A DNA stretch of 63,003 nucleotides, filler included, from Hausera hauseri (lineage: Eukaryota), in assembly GCA_046269625.1 (NCBI GenBank). It is 11 parts of 11 records of this genome, joined end to end, with 100 filler letters (N's around TTAATTAATTAA, not from the genome) between each part and the next. Parts side by side here need not be neighbours in the genome. Positions count along the whole stretch, not along the records: positions 9,438 to 13,838 come from JBJURY010599554.1; positions 13,939 to 18,163 come from JBJURY010690660.1; positions 18,264 to 22,878 come from JBJURY010503242.1; positions 22,979 to 30,944 come from JBJURY010844302.1; 7 more parts are not named here. One strand, given 5' to 3'. Below, piece after piece: positions 11,807 through 23,329 of this stretch (positions are counted from its first letter, which is position 1; each line of letters begins with the position of its first letter). The notes under the pieces were generated by a model, which ran no database searches, was not told the DNA's origin, and saw only the letters and a list, made by a program, of their open reading frames with translations. Made by a program: the position numbers and the translations under genes.

Positions 11807-13354
11807 TCATATTTTGAAATTACAGCCAATGGTCGAGCAGGTTGTTATTTTCTGATCTGTTGAACGATACCGTTGATCGATATGCTGCTGAGAAACGAAA
11901 CGCGCACACGACCGCGGCACCACAGAGCTTACTTCTACTGAAAACTCTGGTGTACGTACTTCTTGTCGTCGGGCTATCATTTCCTCTGTCCTTACCTGTT
12001 CGAGTCGTTCATTTAATCGATCTATACCTATGGTCAATGTTTCTAATTGGTTTCTATTTTAATTTTTTTCTTGTATTTGTTCTTGTTCGCATACGATAAC
12101 CGCTACTTACTTTTGTATTCCATTTAACCTTTGGCTTACATGCCTCTCATTATTGTCAATCTGTTCTCTATTCTTATGTATCGCTGTTATATTGTCAATA
12201 GTTTGTTGTCGTAGATTATATATTTGTCTGGAATGGGCATCTATATTTTGTATGAGTTGGTCAGTCTTTCCTTCCAGTTCATTTAGGCCTATATTATCAT
12301 TCACTTTTTGTCCTATTTGGGTAATTCTCTCTTCAACTTCGTCCAGTCTTATACCATTATTCGTAACGTTTGTCTATATTATATTTCCTCCTCTTTGTCG
12401 GGGTATATCCTGGATTTCTTTGATTAGTGGTCGTATACTATAGTCCGTTCGATTTTGTCTCATTCGTAGATCATCTGCGTTTACCTGATGTACTTCATAA
12501 CGTGTCCTGCATTCTAATTTTTGGTTAGCTACTCTTTGTATTAACCGTAGTGAATTAGGTGTGTTACGATATTACCCTCGGGATGGCCTTCGTCGTCCAT
12601 TAACCCCTCTTATCCCTTGATGTTGTACCGGAACGGGAGACAATTGTAACAAATCAATGTCAATTAGTGTTCCTGGGGCTGACGTCGTACTTAAAGTGTA
12701 TGAACTGTTAGTAGGGCTAATGTTTTCTTCATCTAAATCAATTTCGTTAATTGCTGTTGATTGAACTTGTGCCAGTCGTCCTCGGGATCGGGTATTGTAC
12801 TGATGTCCCTGCGCCATTGTTCTTAGAGAAGGCTAGAATGCTATCCATTTTATTATATGTATATGGTACAAATTTCTTCTATAGGTAATTCACACACAGT
12901 GCATTTTGACAACATAGAGTTTGAGGAACACAATTTTTACAATAAATGATGTGTCCGCATGGTAAATAAATCGTATTCGATTGATTATTTTTACAAATTA
13001 GACAAGTCCAAATTGCACGGCCAATATATGTGCGTCTCTTTTCCACTTCTTCCTCTTTTTACTTTAATACTGAAATCAAGTATTGAATTCTTTGATAATA
13101 GCTATCATCCATTAATTGTATTTGGTATATATTGGTAATCATGTCTGGTAATGCTTCATACTCTGCCTTCTCACTAATTTTAATGGCGATCATCGGCAGA
13201 TACTTGGAGTATCCTAGCTCAGTTATTCTACTGAATAGAGGATCATTATATAATTTGTACCATCAGTATACCAAATTACGTGGTTGGTTCCCGACTGTTA
13301 GCAATTGGGTTGCCCACTAGAGTCATACTATCGGCGTTCCGGGATACTATAACA
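11807..13354 (-). mobile_element. 5' end of a decayed LTR retrotransposon: putative LTR 12818-13354, PBS and coiled-coil gag N-terminus
   Basis: The minus strand reads TGTT...AACA followed by TGGCGCAG (PBS-like). Broken ORFs start with YNTRSR and continue into coiled-coil sequence. Confidence 0.45.
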
Positions 13355-13465
13355 CATTCACTCAATTTAATATACTAAATTTGTACACATAAACTAATAA
13401 ACATTTATTTACTCCAATCAAATTAATATTAACTATTAGTCAATGTCCATCTCTGGTAAAATTGT

Positions 13466-13738
13466 TTAGCTATTCCCTTCTGGAAATTGGAAATAAGACA
13501 CTCGTCTTACTATAAGACTTTTGCAAAATGGGCAATTCATTGTTTGATTTGAGCATTTCTCACATGTCTTTAGATGACCGCGCGGTAAAAGAATAACTTG
13601 TGCTACATCCACATAGCAGATCACACATTCGAGATCACGTAGATAGAGATTATCAAGAATGTTTTGATCAGGATCCTTTCCTTCTCTGGGGATATAAAAT
13701 TTAGGTTCTGAAGTAATTTGTACGCATTTAGTAACCAA
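13466..13738 (-). CDS. IAP/MDM2-type C3HC4 RING finger C-terminus, probably degenerate
   Basis: CVICYVDVAQVILLPRGHLKTCEKCSNQTMNCPFCK; the usual PCGH is mutated to PRGH. Confidence 0.75.
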   Translation of the reverse strand: MVTKCVQITSEPKFYIPREGKDPDQNILDNLYLRDLECVICYVDVAQVILLPRGHLKTCEKCSNQTMNCPFCKSLIVRRVSYFQFPEGNS

Positions 13739-14289
13739 CCTGGTTGAGTTTCCGCTTGATATTTAATGTATTGCAGTATATTTTCACGCCTTACCAGATG
13801 TCGAGATATTATTGATATAGCTACTGGGATATCCTGATNNNNNNNNNNNNNNNNNNNNNNNNNNNNNNNNNNNNNNNNNNNNTTAATTAATTAANNNNNN
13901 NNNNNNNNNNNNNNNNNNNNNNNNNNNNNNNNNNNNNNCTGAGAGTTAGAATGGATGTGGTTCTGGATGGGTAATTGGTGAGAGAAAATGATACGCACAT
14001 GCACGGTTAATTGGGCGGAGATAGGAAGCATACAGATACGAAAGTGATACACACAACCAAGTGTACTGTGGATTCAAAAGGCTTTTGCGTCAAACTTTTT
14101 GTTTAAATTTCGCGACAAATTCTTTTGTTTAAATGTCACGAAAACGCCATACTAGAATTATTGACATTATACAAATTTACTCTTAAAAAATCTTAACCGT
14201 ACTATGACTAAAAATCATACAACTGTACCAACAAAATAAGACAGTAAAATATTTGTTCCAAAATATACAAAGGAAATTAATTATATGCA

Positions 14290-15680
14290 ATAATATGCAT
14301 AGTCCACACTTGTTCTTAATCCATTACCGTTTATCATTAAAGGGGTTCAGTGCCTTTTTCGAAGCGATGGTCATGAATTGGTGGTTCTTTGTACCAATTC
14401 TCTCCTTGTCAACAATTGTCCTACAACCAGTTTCGTATGCTTGCAGATAACTGTTATATTGCTAATCTATCTGTTTCCAATTAATTCCTTTATATTTCAG
14501 GATTGATTTGTTTTGTGTTTTCAGAACGTAACATTTCGGCCGTAATAAAATTTTCTCTTGATACTGAACACAACCCTTACGTCTTTAAATTTCCCTATCA
14601 CAGCTGAAAATCGAGATGAGTACAGTGGATCACTTACGTCACAGGTGGACGTGTCCAGCTACGCATTTTCAATCATTGCCGATAAAAGTTTTAATCATAA
14701 ATCAACACCACAGCACTCAATAAGTTATCCGTGTCACAGGCATTGATATTAATTTCACAGTTAAACTGTTGCTTATAAGTTTCCGAGTCGATGCAGTTCA
14801 ACTCATCCGCAACTTGTAAAGATTAAGAACAGCTTGACCGATGTACGAGGGCCTGTCTAAAATAATTACACATTTATCGAGGAGAACGGCAACTAGGTTA
14901 TCATCTATAGTAATGCTCTCCTTAAAATGCATTTTGTTAGTATATGTAATAAGCTTCTTAGTATTATTACACAGCCTCAAGTTGGACCTTTTCACATTCT
15001 ACACTGTTTTGCCATGTAAGCTATTTTTTCAGCTTAAAGAAATCTTTCTCAGAAGGATTATTTGCTTTTAGTAGTGTTTAAATTAATATAATACTTAAAC
15101 ACAACCCTGGTCAAATTGAACAGTACGATGAACTCTTTCAACAACGGCATCTAATTCCGTGAAAACTGCAAAACCGATAGTGAATGACATAGTTGGTTTT
15201 GCGCTTGTGTGTCAACAATTTTTTACCTGTTGATCCAAGAACACACTGATTAATTAGGGTTAAAGCAGCTGATCTAATTTGTCATATTTGTCAGACGGAA
15301 TACTTAAATCTACCTCAAATACTAAGCCTCCTTAACAGTATCTAGATAAAGCAATTGCTCAATCAGACATCAATTTATCGTCATCGTAAATCCATGTCAA
15401 ATTCGTAAACAGCAGAGGTTGAGACAAAGCCCAGTCGTACAAATTATTTACATCTATATATGAGACTGGTACTTTTATTGCTGGTAACTCTGCTTATTTA
15501 CAAATGTTATGCCACTGCGAATACCCGATAGAAAGGAATTGTATATTTAAGATATTGAATGAGTTCAATCCTAAATGGACTAGATTTCAATGTTGTTGAA
15601 ACCGAGAACTGAAACGTAGTTAACGGCTGCTAAACCATCCTTCAACTTCTTTCCTAAGCCGATCAAATACATCTAACAAT
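14290..15680 (-). pseudogene. polB: Polinton/Maverick protein-primed DNA polymerase B, C-terminal half, decayed
   Basis: YIDVNNLYDWALSQPL and ILDRPSYIGQAVLNLYKLRM motifs, with many stops and frameshifts. Confidence 0.85.
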
Positions 15681-15779
15681 TATATGTCGAGTTTCATGTA
15701 TACTAACATAATACAAAAGATTGTTACACGTGTATCTCGACCATTCAAGTTGCGCATTCTGATAATCACTATCGCTAAC

Positions 15780-15896
15780 TGTGGTGCCCACAGCGGCCGG
15801 CGCCCTCTGTCCCATTTGGTTGTACACGTCCGGGCGTCCGTTGCCGCCGTGTCGGGCCCATAGTCGGGTCCGATCTTCCGCCTCGAGATCACCACG
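15780..15896 (+). repeat. Short GC-rich Gypsy LTR copy (~117 bp) with no adjacent internal domain
   Basis: TGTGGTG...CACCAC ends; clearly similar along its length to the LTR at 56526-56642, which follows a PPT. Confidence 0.85.
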
Positions 15897-16627
15897 AGAT
15901 AGCGATGCCTAATCAGTCTTTGGGAGAAAAGCATAAAGATGGCATTAGAGGCTCTAAATAAAGATCCAGAATCGGAGGTTTACTCTCAGTCAAGTTGGTT
16001 TGATTCAAATGTTACTCGCTGACCGCCGTTAGTCGTCGTACGGATCAAATGAGCATAATAACGTGAAAGACGATCGAATCAGTTCACTTGAAAATTCATC
16101 CGAAAAAGCCGGTAGTGTGGGTAGCGGTTTGAGTAATACTCACCGTAATCGACGCAAAAAAACAAAAACCGAGTTATTCTTTTCCAAATGATCCGAAAAC
16201 TAATTTGAAACCTCAACATTCATTTAATGGTAGTGGACATGTGCACGATGAGCAAGATAACATTGGCGAAGAACCTAGCGATGAATCGTAAAACGTTAAA
16301 CATTGCCAATGATCTTTTTTTTCGTCGAACACCTACATGTATATGAACTAATACTCTATCTCTCAGCGATCAAATCTAACTGTTCTTATTTTCATTTTAC
16401 CATGATCTCTCTTGATTTATCTCTATGGATCTTTGTCTATATTTCACTCAGAAAGTCACAAGAAAAGCTCGTTGACAAAAAAATTCGTTCATTTAATCCA
16501 TTCTCCCCTGCGTCATTCAGTTTTTACTGAACGATTTCATGTGGTCAATAACTATGCGGCTCAAGTAGTTTTTATTCTTTTCTACTACATCAGTTTTTAG
16601 AGATAGAAATTCAAATCGGACGACAAA

Positions 16628-17340
16628 ATGAACATTTTACAAGTTATCAAAGAAGACAATGTAGCAATATTAAAATTGTGCATCAAAAAATCCAAAGGGA
16701 TGATCTATGATCATAAAGGACGGAATATTTTCCATTATGCTGCCCAATCCCGAAATTTGGATATTCTCCATGCTGTCAAAATTTTTGGAGTTAATTTTTT
16801 AATATTTTCGGATAGAAAGCCCTATCAACCGATTCATGAAGCCGCAAAATGTGGAAATACCAAAGACGTAAATCTATTTCTAAAATAGGGAGCTTCGGAT
16901 TCAGCGAGGACTGACAATGGTGAAACACCGCTTCACATTGCTGTGCAATTCGAACAGGAAAAAGTAATTGAAATTCTGCCAGAGGAAAGAAATACACTCA
17001 ATGACAATTGACGGAATTACCCCACTTTATATAGCGGTTAGAAAAAAACTTCAACATCAGCAATATTTTAATTCGTGCAGGGGATAACGTAAATGTTACC
17101 GATAACGTTAAAAATTCCCTCTTACACATCTACTTTGGGAATCATGAAAAAATGTGCAAACTGTTGCTGAGGAACGGTGCTGATGTCAATGAAATCAATT
17201 CAAACAACAACACCGCACTCCATGTTGCAATAGTTCAACATTCGTCAGATATTGTGAAACTACTGCATCAGCACAACGCATCATTGGATATCATCAACTA
17301 TACTCAGGAAACTCCGATGTCATTGGCATAGAACATAAAA
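16628..17340 (+). pseudogene. Ankyrin-repeat gene, frameshifted
   Basis: GRNIFHYAA, QPIHEAAKCGN, GETPLHIAV, GITPLYIAV and NNTALHVAI repeats spread across shifting frames. Confidence 0.85.
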
Positions 17341-17814
17341 TCGGAACTTACGACTGACGTCAGAATATCAAATGATCCACAGAAAATCGAAAAATTAAAA
17401 ATCATCAGTAAAATATTAAATATGCTCATCGAGAGCCGAAATTCACTAGCACATAAAGTAAAGATTTTTAATGCTGTAATGAACGTCAACATCAGCAAGG
17501 AATTCAAACGTCCCAGTTACATATGACAGAAGTCCGAAGGATTCGATCATTGTTCTAAATACCCATTTGTTTATTTCACAAAAACAGATTCTTTGTTTTG
17601 TATGTACAAAAAATTCTTGTTTAAATGTGGTAAATAAAATAAAATCAACATTCAATCAATTTTGAGTTTATTCCTGCCATTTTAGTGTAGACACTATTTC
17701 AATCTGAACTTTTGTTTCAGCTGTTTTTTGATAAAAGAATTTCAGTGATTGACATTCGGATTTAAATTTAAATTTATTCAATCCACATTACTGGCATTCT
17801 TTTCTATTTCAATA

Positions 17815-18163
17815 CTAAGGCAGGAAGATAGTGCATTTGTTGTGTGCTGCTCCTCTGTATTTTTTATTTAAATGACCATGATCTCTGACTTTAGAGTTCG
17901 TGTTTCCATCTCTATCCATGTTTAATGATTTACAGACTTCATCCCTGCCGCAGTAATCACAATTTATTGCATCTAGAAAATTGTCACTATCCTTTTTAGT
18001 CATGCTTATTGTCTTATTAATATTAAATATTTTATAAAAGTATCATTTAATTCAATTATTAGATTAACAAATTTTTCAATAACATTTTCACCATAATATT
18101 CAACATATTTTGATTTTATTAATTCAGGATATTCTGATTTTAAATACATTCCAAAACATAATG
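17815..18163 (-). pseudogene. polB: Polinton polB N-terminal fragment (CxxC...DHxH region)
   Basis: CDYC...KVRDHGHLNKKYRGAAHNKC. Confidence 0.8.
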
Positions 18164-18263
18164 NNNNNNNNNNNNNNNNNNNNNNNNNNNNNNNNNNNNN
18201 NNNNNNNTTAATTAATTAANNNNNNNNNNNNNNNNNNNNNNNNNNNNNNNNNNNNNNNNNNNN

Positions 18264-21200
18264 ACTCTAAAAACTGCAATCACTGCTCCTACAACATAAT
18301 CTGTTGACTTCCTCATCGGTACATGTTCAGCGATTTCATTATTACCACAAACCTTTCCTGTAAAAAATTCTCCATTCAAAATTAAGCACTTATACACTGC
18401 TTCAGGCCAGTCGCTGCACATTTCTGGCATGGCTAAATTATCTTTCACTTTGCCAAATTTTCTTTCACTTTTCCACTGGACGTTCACAATCGCTAACGCC
18501 CAGATTGCAATTCTAGGATCCGACTTTCTCTCACATTATAATTTACTGGTTGATTGCAGTCAACGATGTTTGAGGAACGGCACCACTGGCGACATTTCTG
18601 GACTTGTAAATAGCATTTCGACTACCGCGCAGTCGACCGGAATGCGGAAGTCAATCTTAAAAAGGTCAGTAAATAATTCGACTTTTATAACAATAATTCC
18701 ATTCGTAAATTTTTAAATAATAATATTAATATACGCTCGAGGTTCGATGTCGATAATTATGGTACTGCTACCAACGTTGGTTCATTCGGCGAAGTCACAT
18801 CATCCAACATCATTTTCAATTCAACCATTTTACACCAAATACCACTTGACTGCACATCACCTAACAACTCACAAATCGCATTTGCTACTACTCAAGCCGT
18901 TTCACCACTTTTACCAAATCTCTCACAATTACCTGCAACTTTACAACAGTTCGTCAACACAGCATGTCCACGCGTACTTAAAAAAGACCGTACGTTTACT
19001 CCCGCAAACAGTACTTTACACCATATAGTTACACAACATCAACGACCAATACGCCAAAAGGTACGGCCTCTGTCACCTCGTCGTAGACAGGCCGTAGAAG
19101 CCGAATTCTTTGGACTAGAATGTTTCGGCCTAGTACGCCGTTCCAAATCACCTTGGTCATCACCTTTATACGTTGTACAAAAAGAACGGTACTTTTTGGC
19201 CATGTGGTGACTACCGACAGCTGAACAACTTGACTATCATGGATGCATACCCTTTATCACTCATCAAGGATATCTTGCATCGTCTTAATTCAACCACTAT
19301 ATATTCGACCATTGATTTAGCTAAAACATACCATCAAATACCGGTAGCACCCAAAGACAGAAAAAACTGCAGTAACTACTCCTTTTGGTCTCTATGAATA
19401 TTTATTTATGCCATTCGGTTTGGGGAATATTACACAAACTTTTCAGCGGCACACTGATTCTATTTTTTCCGATTTCCCGTTTTCACACCTTATATCGATA
19501 ATATTTTAGTCGTTTCATATTTGGCCAAACAACTCGAATAACATCTTTGCGCAGTATTCCAACGTCTTAACTACCATAATCTCCAAATCAATTTCTACAA
19601 ATGCCATTTTTTCAAAAAGCGCATTAACTTTTTAGGCCACGTTACTACACCAGACGGTCATTCTCCCCAATCAAACGGAGTCGAAGCTCTTAGAAACATC
19701 CAGTTGCCACGTACGACCACCGAAATGCGTAGCTTCCTAGGTACACTAAACTTTGTACATAAATACGTACCATATTGCTCCGAATTGACAGCACCATTCG
19801 CACACCTAAGCGGCGGCAAAAAACATCAGCCAATCCAGTAGACACCTGAATTGATTGACAACTTTGACAAGCTACGCGACGGAATTAAGACCGGCGATAT
19901 TCTTGCTTTCCTAAAGCCTGATGCAGTAGTCGCTGTACCCCACCAGATCTACAAGGGAGAAAATCAACCATTAGAATTTTTCTCTCGCAAATTAACAACA
20001 CCTGAAACCAGATATTCCACGTTCGATCGAGAACTATTGGTCATTGTTTTCGCTTTAAAACATTTTTCCCACCTACTTTTCGCTCGTCATTTCACTCTAC
20101 AAACCAGTCACAAGCCCTTACTTAACATCATGGCTACAAAACACCCTTCTATACGCCAAGAACGGCAAATATCACACTTATAGACATTTAACTTCGATAT
20201 TAAACACATTAACGTGGTTAACAATTTAGTTGCTGGTTTTTTATCTAGGTCGGTTAGTTCAATTAATTTTTCACCGATCTTTACGCAAGACCGACTTCAA
20301 CAGAACCAACCACCTCAGGACATGCTTATTTCTTTTAAATCTTGCACAGTCGTTGACGGCGTGGCTTTAGACACTTCCAAACCAGGCCATTCCGTAATAA
20401 TTCTAGCACCATCACTGCAGAGGCAAGCATTTCACAGCGTGCATTCACTACACCATCCCAGTGCTAAAGCCACTTTTCGTTTACTCCATTGACAAGTAAT
20501 TTGGCCGCCAGTGCGTTCTGATGTGCGGGCATTGGTTAAGCAGTGTGTGGCTCGCCACAAATACAAAACAGCTAAGCATTTAAAGCCACCACTATTCCAC
20601 TTCTCCTGCACATCGCGTTTTGAGTCCGTGCATATCGACATCGTTGGCCCTCTTCCTCCAGATAACGGTCATCAATTCATCCTTACCATGACGGATTGTT
20701 TCTCGCGATGGCCAGAAGCCATCCCTCTGTGAAGCACAAACACCGACACCATAGCTGACGTTTCCATTCGCACATGGATTAGCAGGTTCGGATCATCTCG
20801 CTTCATTATCACGGATCAGGGTCTACAGTTTGAATGCAACCTGTTCAAATCCCTTGTTAACCGATAGGGGATCTATCACATACATACTACGCCTTATCAC
20901 CCCAAATCGAATGGCTTTCTAGAACGTTTCCACCGAACATTGAAAACGTCAATAAGAATTCTCGCATAGTCCAATACTAGTTGGACGAATCTTCTTCCGT
21001 TTGTTCTGCTCGGCTGGCGGAACACTCCATCCACTTCCACAGGATGCTCAATTACTGAAGCCTTATTCAGAGCTCCTGTCCGATCATTATTCGAACTAAC
21101 CGCCCTAGACGACACTCCGACAAATGAGACGATACGGGCGGCGCAAAATCACTTCATCGAGGTCAGCAAAGATTTGTTCTGCAGGATACTTCACAAATAC

Positions 21201-22110
21201 AAAACATACTTACCCGAAGATTTGTATTAGGCGAAATTCGTATGGCTAAAGAATCAGGCGCCTTGGGGTTTTTAGCCGCGGTACCTGGATCCTTACAAAC
21301 TGATACAGCTGCACTCATATAACGCCATTATCTCTAAGGACGACAAAGGCTATACAGTAAACATTATTAACTTAACACCAGCTTACTTTGTCGACGACAC
21401 CTTACCAACCGACACGTCAACCTCTTTTCTCACTCCTTTACTCCCTGCTATCCCTATGTCTATTGCTACACCACTTCCACCTTTCTCGTCTACGCTTAGT
21501 CGTGCTCCATAATTTTCTAAACTTTCTACTTCTATTCCTATCACTCCCTCTGTATCATCTCCCTCTTCCACTCTTTTACTCAACACAATTCCAATCTCTA
21601 CTCCAACTTTTTCCTCTCTTTCTTTATCCACCACTACACCTGTCATCACTCCTTCGTCTTCTAACACTCTTTTCAATGCCTTTAACCATCCGTCTTCAAC
21701 AATTCTTCTTCCTTCTTCGTCTTCTTTTTCTCTTTATTCTGACTCATCTTCGCACAATACACCACCTACACCTAAATATACCAATTTTTCCCCAACCTAA
21801 ATCTCTGCAAACAAATACATTGCAAAAACACACAACACGCAGAGTCACATTCAGCAAGTATAGCAAAGAAAAATCAGTCGAAGGTATTCAACGTCTTATT
21901 CACACAAAGCTCAGCTAACACGAACACTTTTCGTTTTGCGATTTTTTTCTGTCCTTTTTTTACACTTCATAGCTTAAACTTTGCCACGGGGGTGGTGTGG
22001 TGCCCGCGTCGATCGTCGCCCTCTAATCCATTCAGTTGGGCTCGGTCGGGCTTCCGCTGCCGGCGCGTCGGACACATAAGCAGGTCCCCGATCTTCTGGC
22101 TCGAGACGCG
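18264..22110 (+). mobile_element. Ty3/Gypsy (CsRn1-like) LTR retrotransposon, decayed: PR-RT-RH-IN, S/T-rich tail, PPT, 3' LTR from 21996
   Basis: ILGSDFLSHYNLLVD (protease), PCGDYRQLN and YIDNILV (RT), RYSTFDRELL (RNase H), RFESVHIDIVGPLP and YHPKSNGFLERFHR (integrase). A G-rich PPT precedes TGTGGTGCCC. Confidence 0.93.
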
Positions 22111-22205
22111 CGGGATCCGATTTAATTAGAATTAACATCAAAAACAGTGTATGATTTACTACAAACACAAACACTACCACCACCCCAATGGTTGAGTGAA
22201 AATCA

Positions 22206-22699
22206 ATGACAAATCTTTACATTAAAGGATTATTAGAAAATTTTAACGATGATCCATTGGAAGCCCTGGTACCGGATAAGTTGAAAATCGAATCACTTAA
22301 AGCCGCATTAGAAGATGACTTTCGATGCAAAGGTTACGGATTCATCGACTGCATAACCGACAAAAACGCCAGAGATGCACTGTCATGCATCCCGTCAAAG
22401 ACCCTCAGTACAGTGCGAAATATGCCAAGGAGAATGAGAAGGACAAAACAAATTTATATGTCACAAACATTCCAAAAGATTGGACAAGCAAAGACAGTGG
22501 CAAATTAAAAGTATATTTCGAAAATTTCGGTCCTATTCAGTCCGCATTTTTAATGATGGAAAAGTCGACGAACAAAACCCTCGGCGTTGGTTTAGTACAA
22601 TTGGTTAACGAAAACAATGCTCTCGACGCTCTTCAACAGAAGAAAACTGCACCGCTCAACATTCTGAACTTAATTGACACCCGATGCATTACTAAATGA
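22206..22699 (+). pseudogene. Two-RRM RBMS/shep/SUP-26-like RNA-binding gene, intronless and frameshifted
   Basis: TNLYIKGL...CKGYGFID (RRM1), then AKENEKDKTNLYVTNIP (RRM2) in another frame. Confidence 0.75.
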
Positions 22700-23329
22700 A
22701 TGGAATTTCATCTGCATTCAGGAAATTGGGTTTTGCAGCGGTTTGCCATACCGCGGTCAGTTGTTATACAGAATCTGGAAAGACAGGGATATTTATCAGT
22801 AATCGGACATTTGACGCTTATCAACAGTTAGTTTTTGAAAATCCGTAACACATCCGGTGCACGTGCAATTCATACCAGNNNNNNNNNNNNNNNNNNNNNN
22901 NNNNNNNNNNNNNNNNNNNNNNTTAATTAATTAANNNNNNNNNNNNNNNNNNNNNNNNNNNNNNNNNNNNNNNNNNNNTGATACATAGAAGCACGCTTGT
23001 GAATTGAATATAGGCGAATAATTATTGTTGTTATTCATTTGAGTTTTTGTGCATTTTTTTGTTTGATATTTTCGTTTTCTTTTTTTGCAATTTTTTATAG
23101 AAACATATTTATTTAGCTCTTATATTATATCGTTGAAAATTATTTGCTGAAATTTCATTTCAGATTGCCAATGTTACTTATTTGCAATGGGTGCAGAAAT
23201 AAAACGAAATATAATCAAATAGACATTTATTTATGAATATCTATTGTTTAATCTGCATAATAATTACAATGTAAATATAAAAGCCAGATACAAAATAACA
23301 ACAAATCCATCGATAAAAACTATGTCTCA

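Noticed and set aside
15795-15880. HDV-like ribozyme (GGCCGGC...GUCCCA resembles the HDV 5' end)
   Set aside because: I could not build P3/L3, the P1 3' strand or the J4/2 catalytic C, and the motif is not kept in the other LTR copies. No hammerhead CUGAUGA/GAAA core was seen either.
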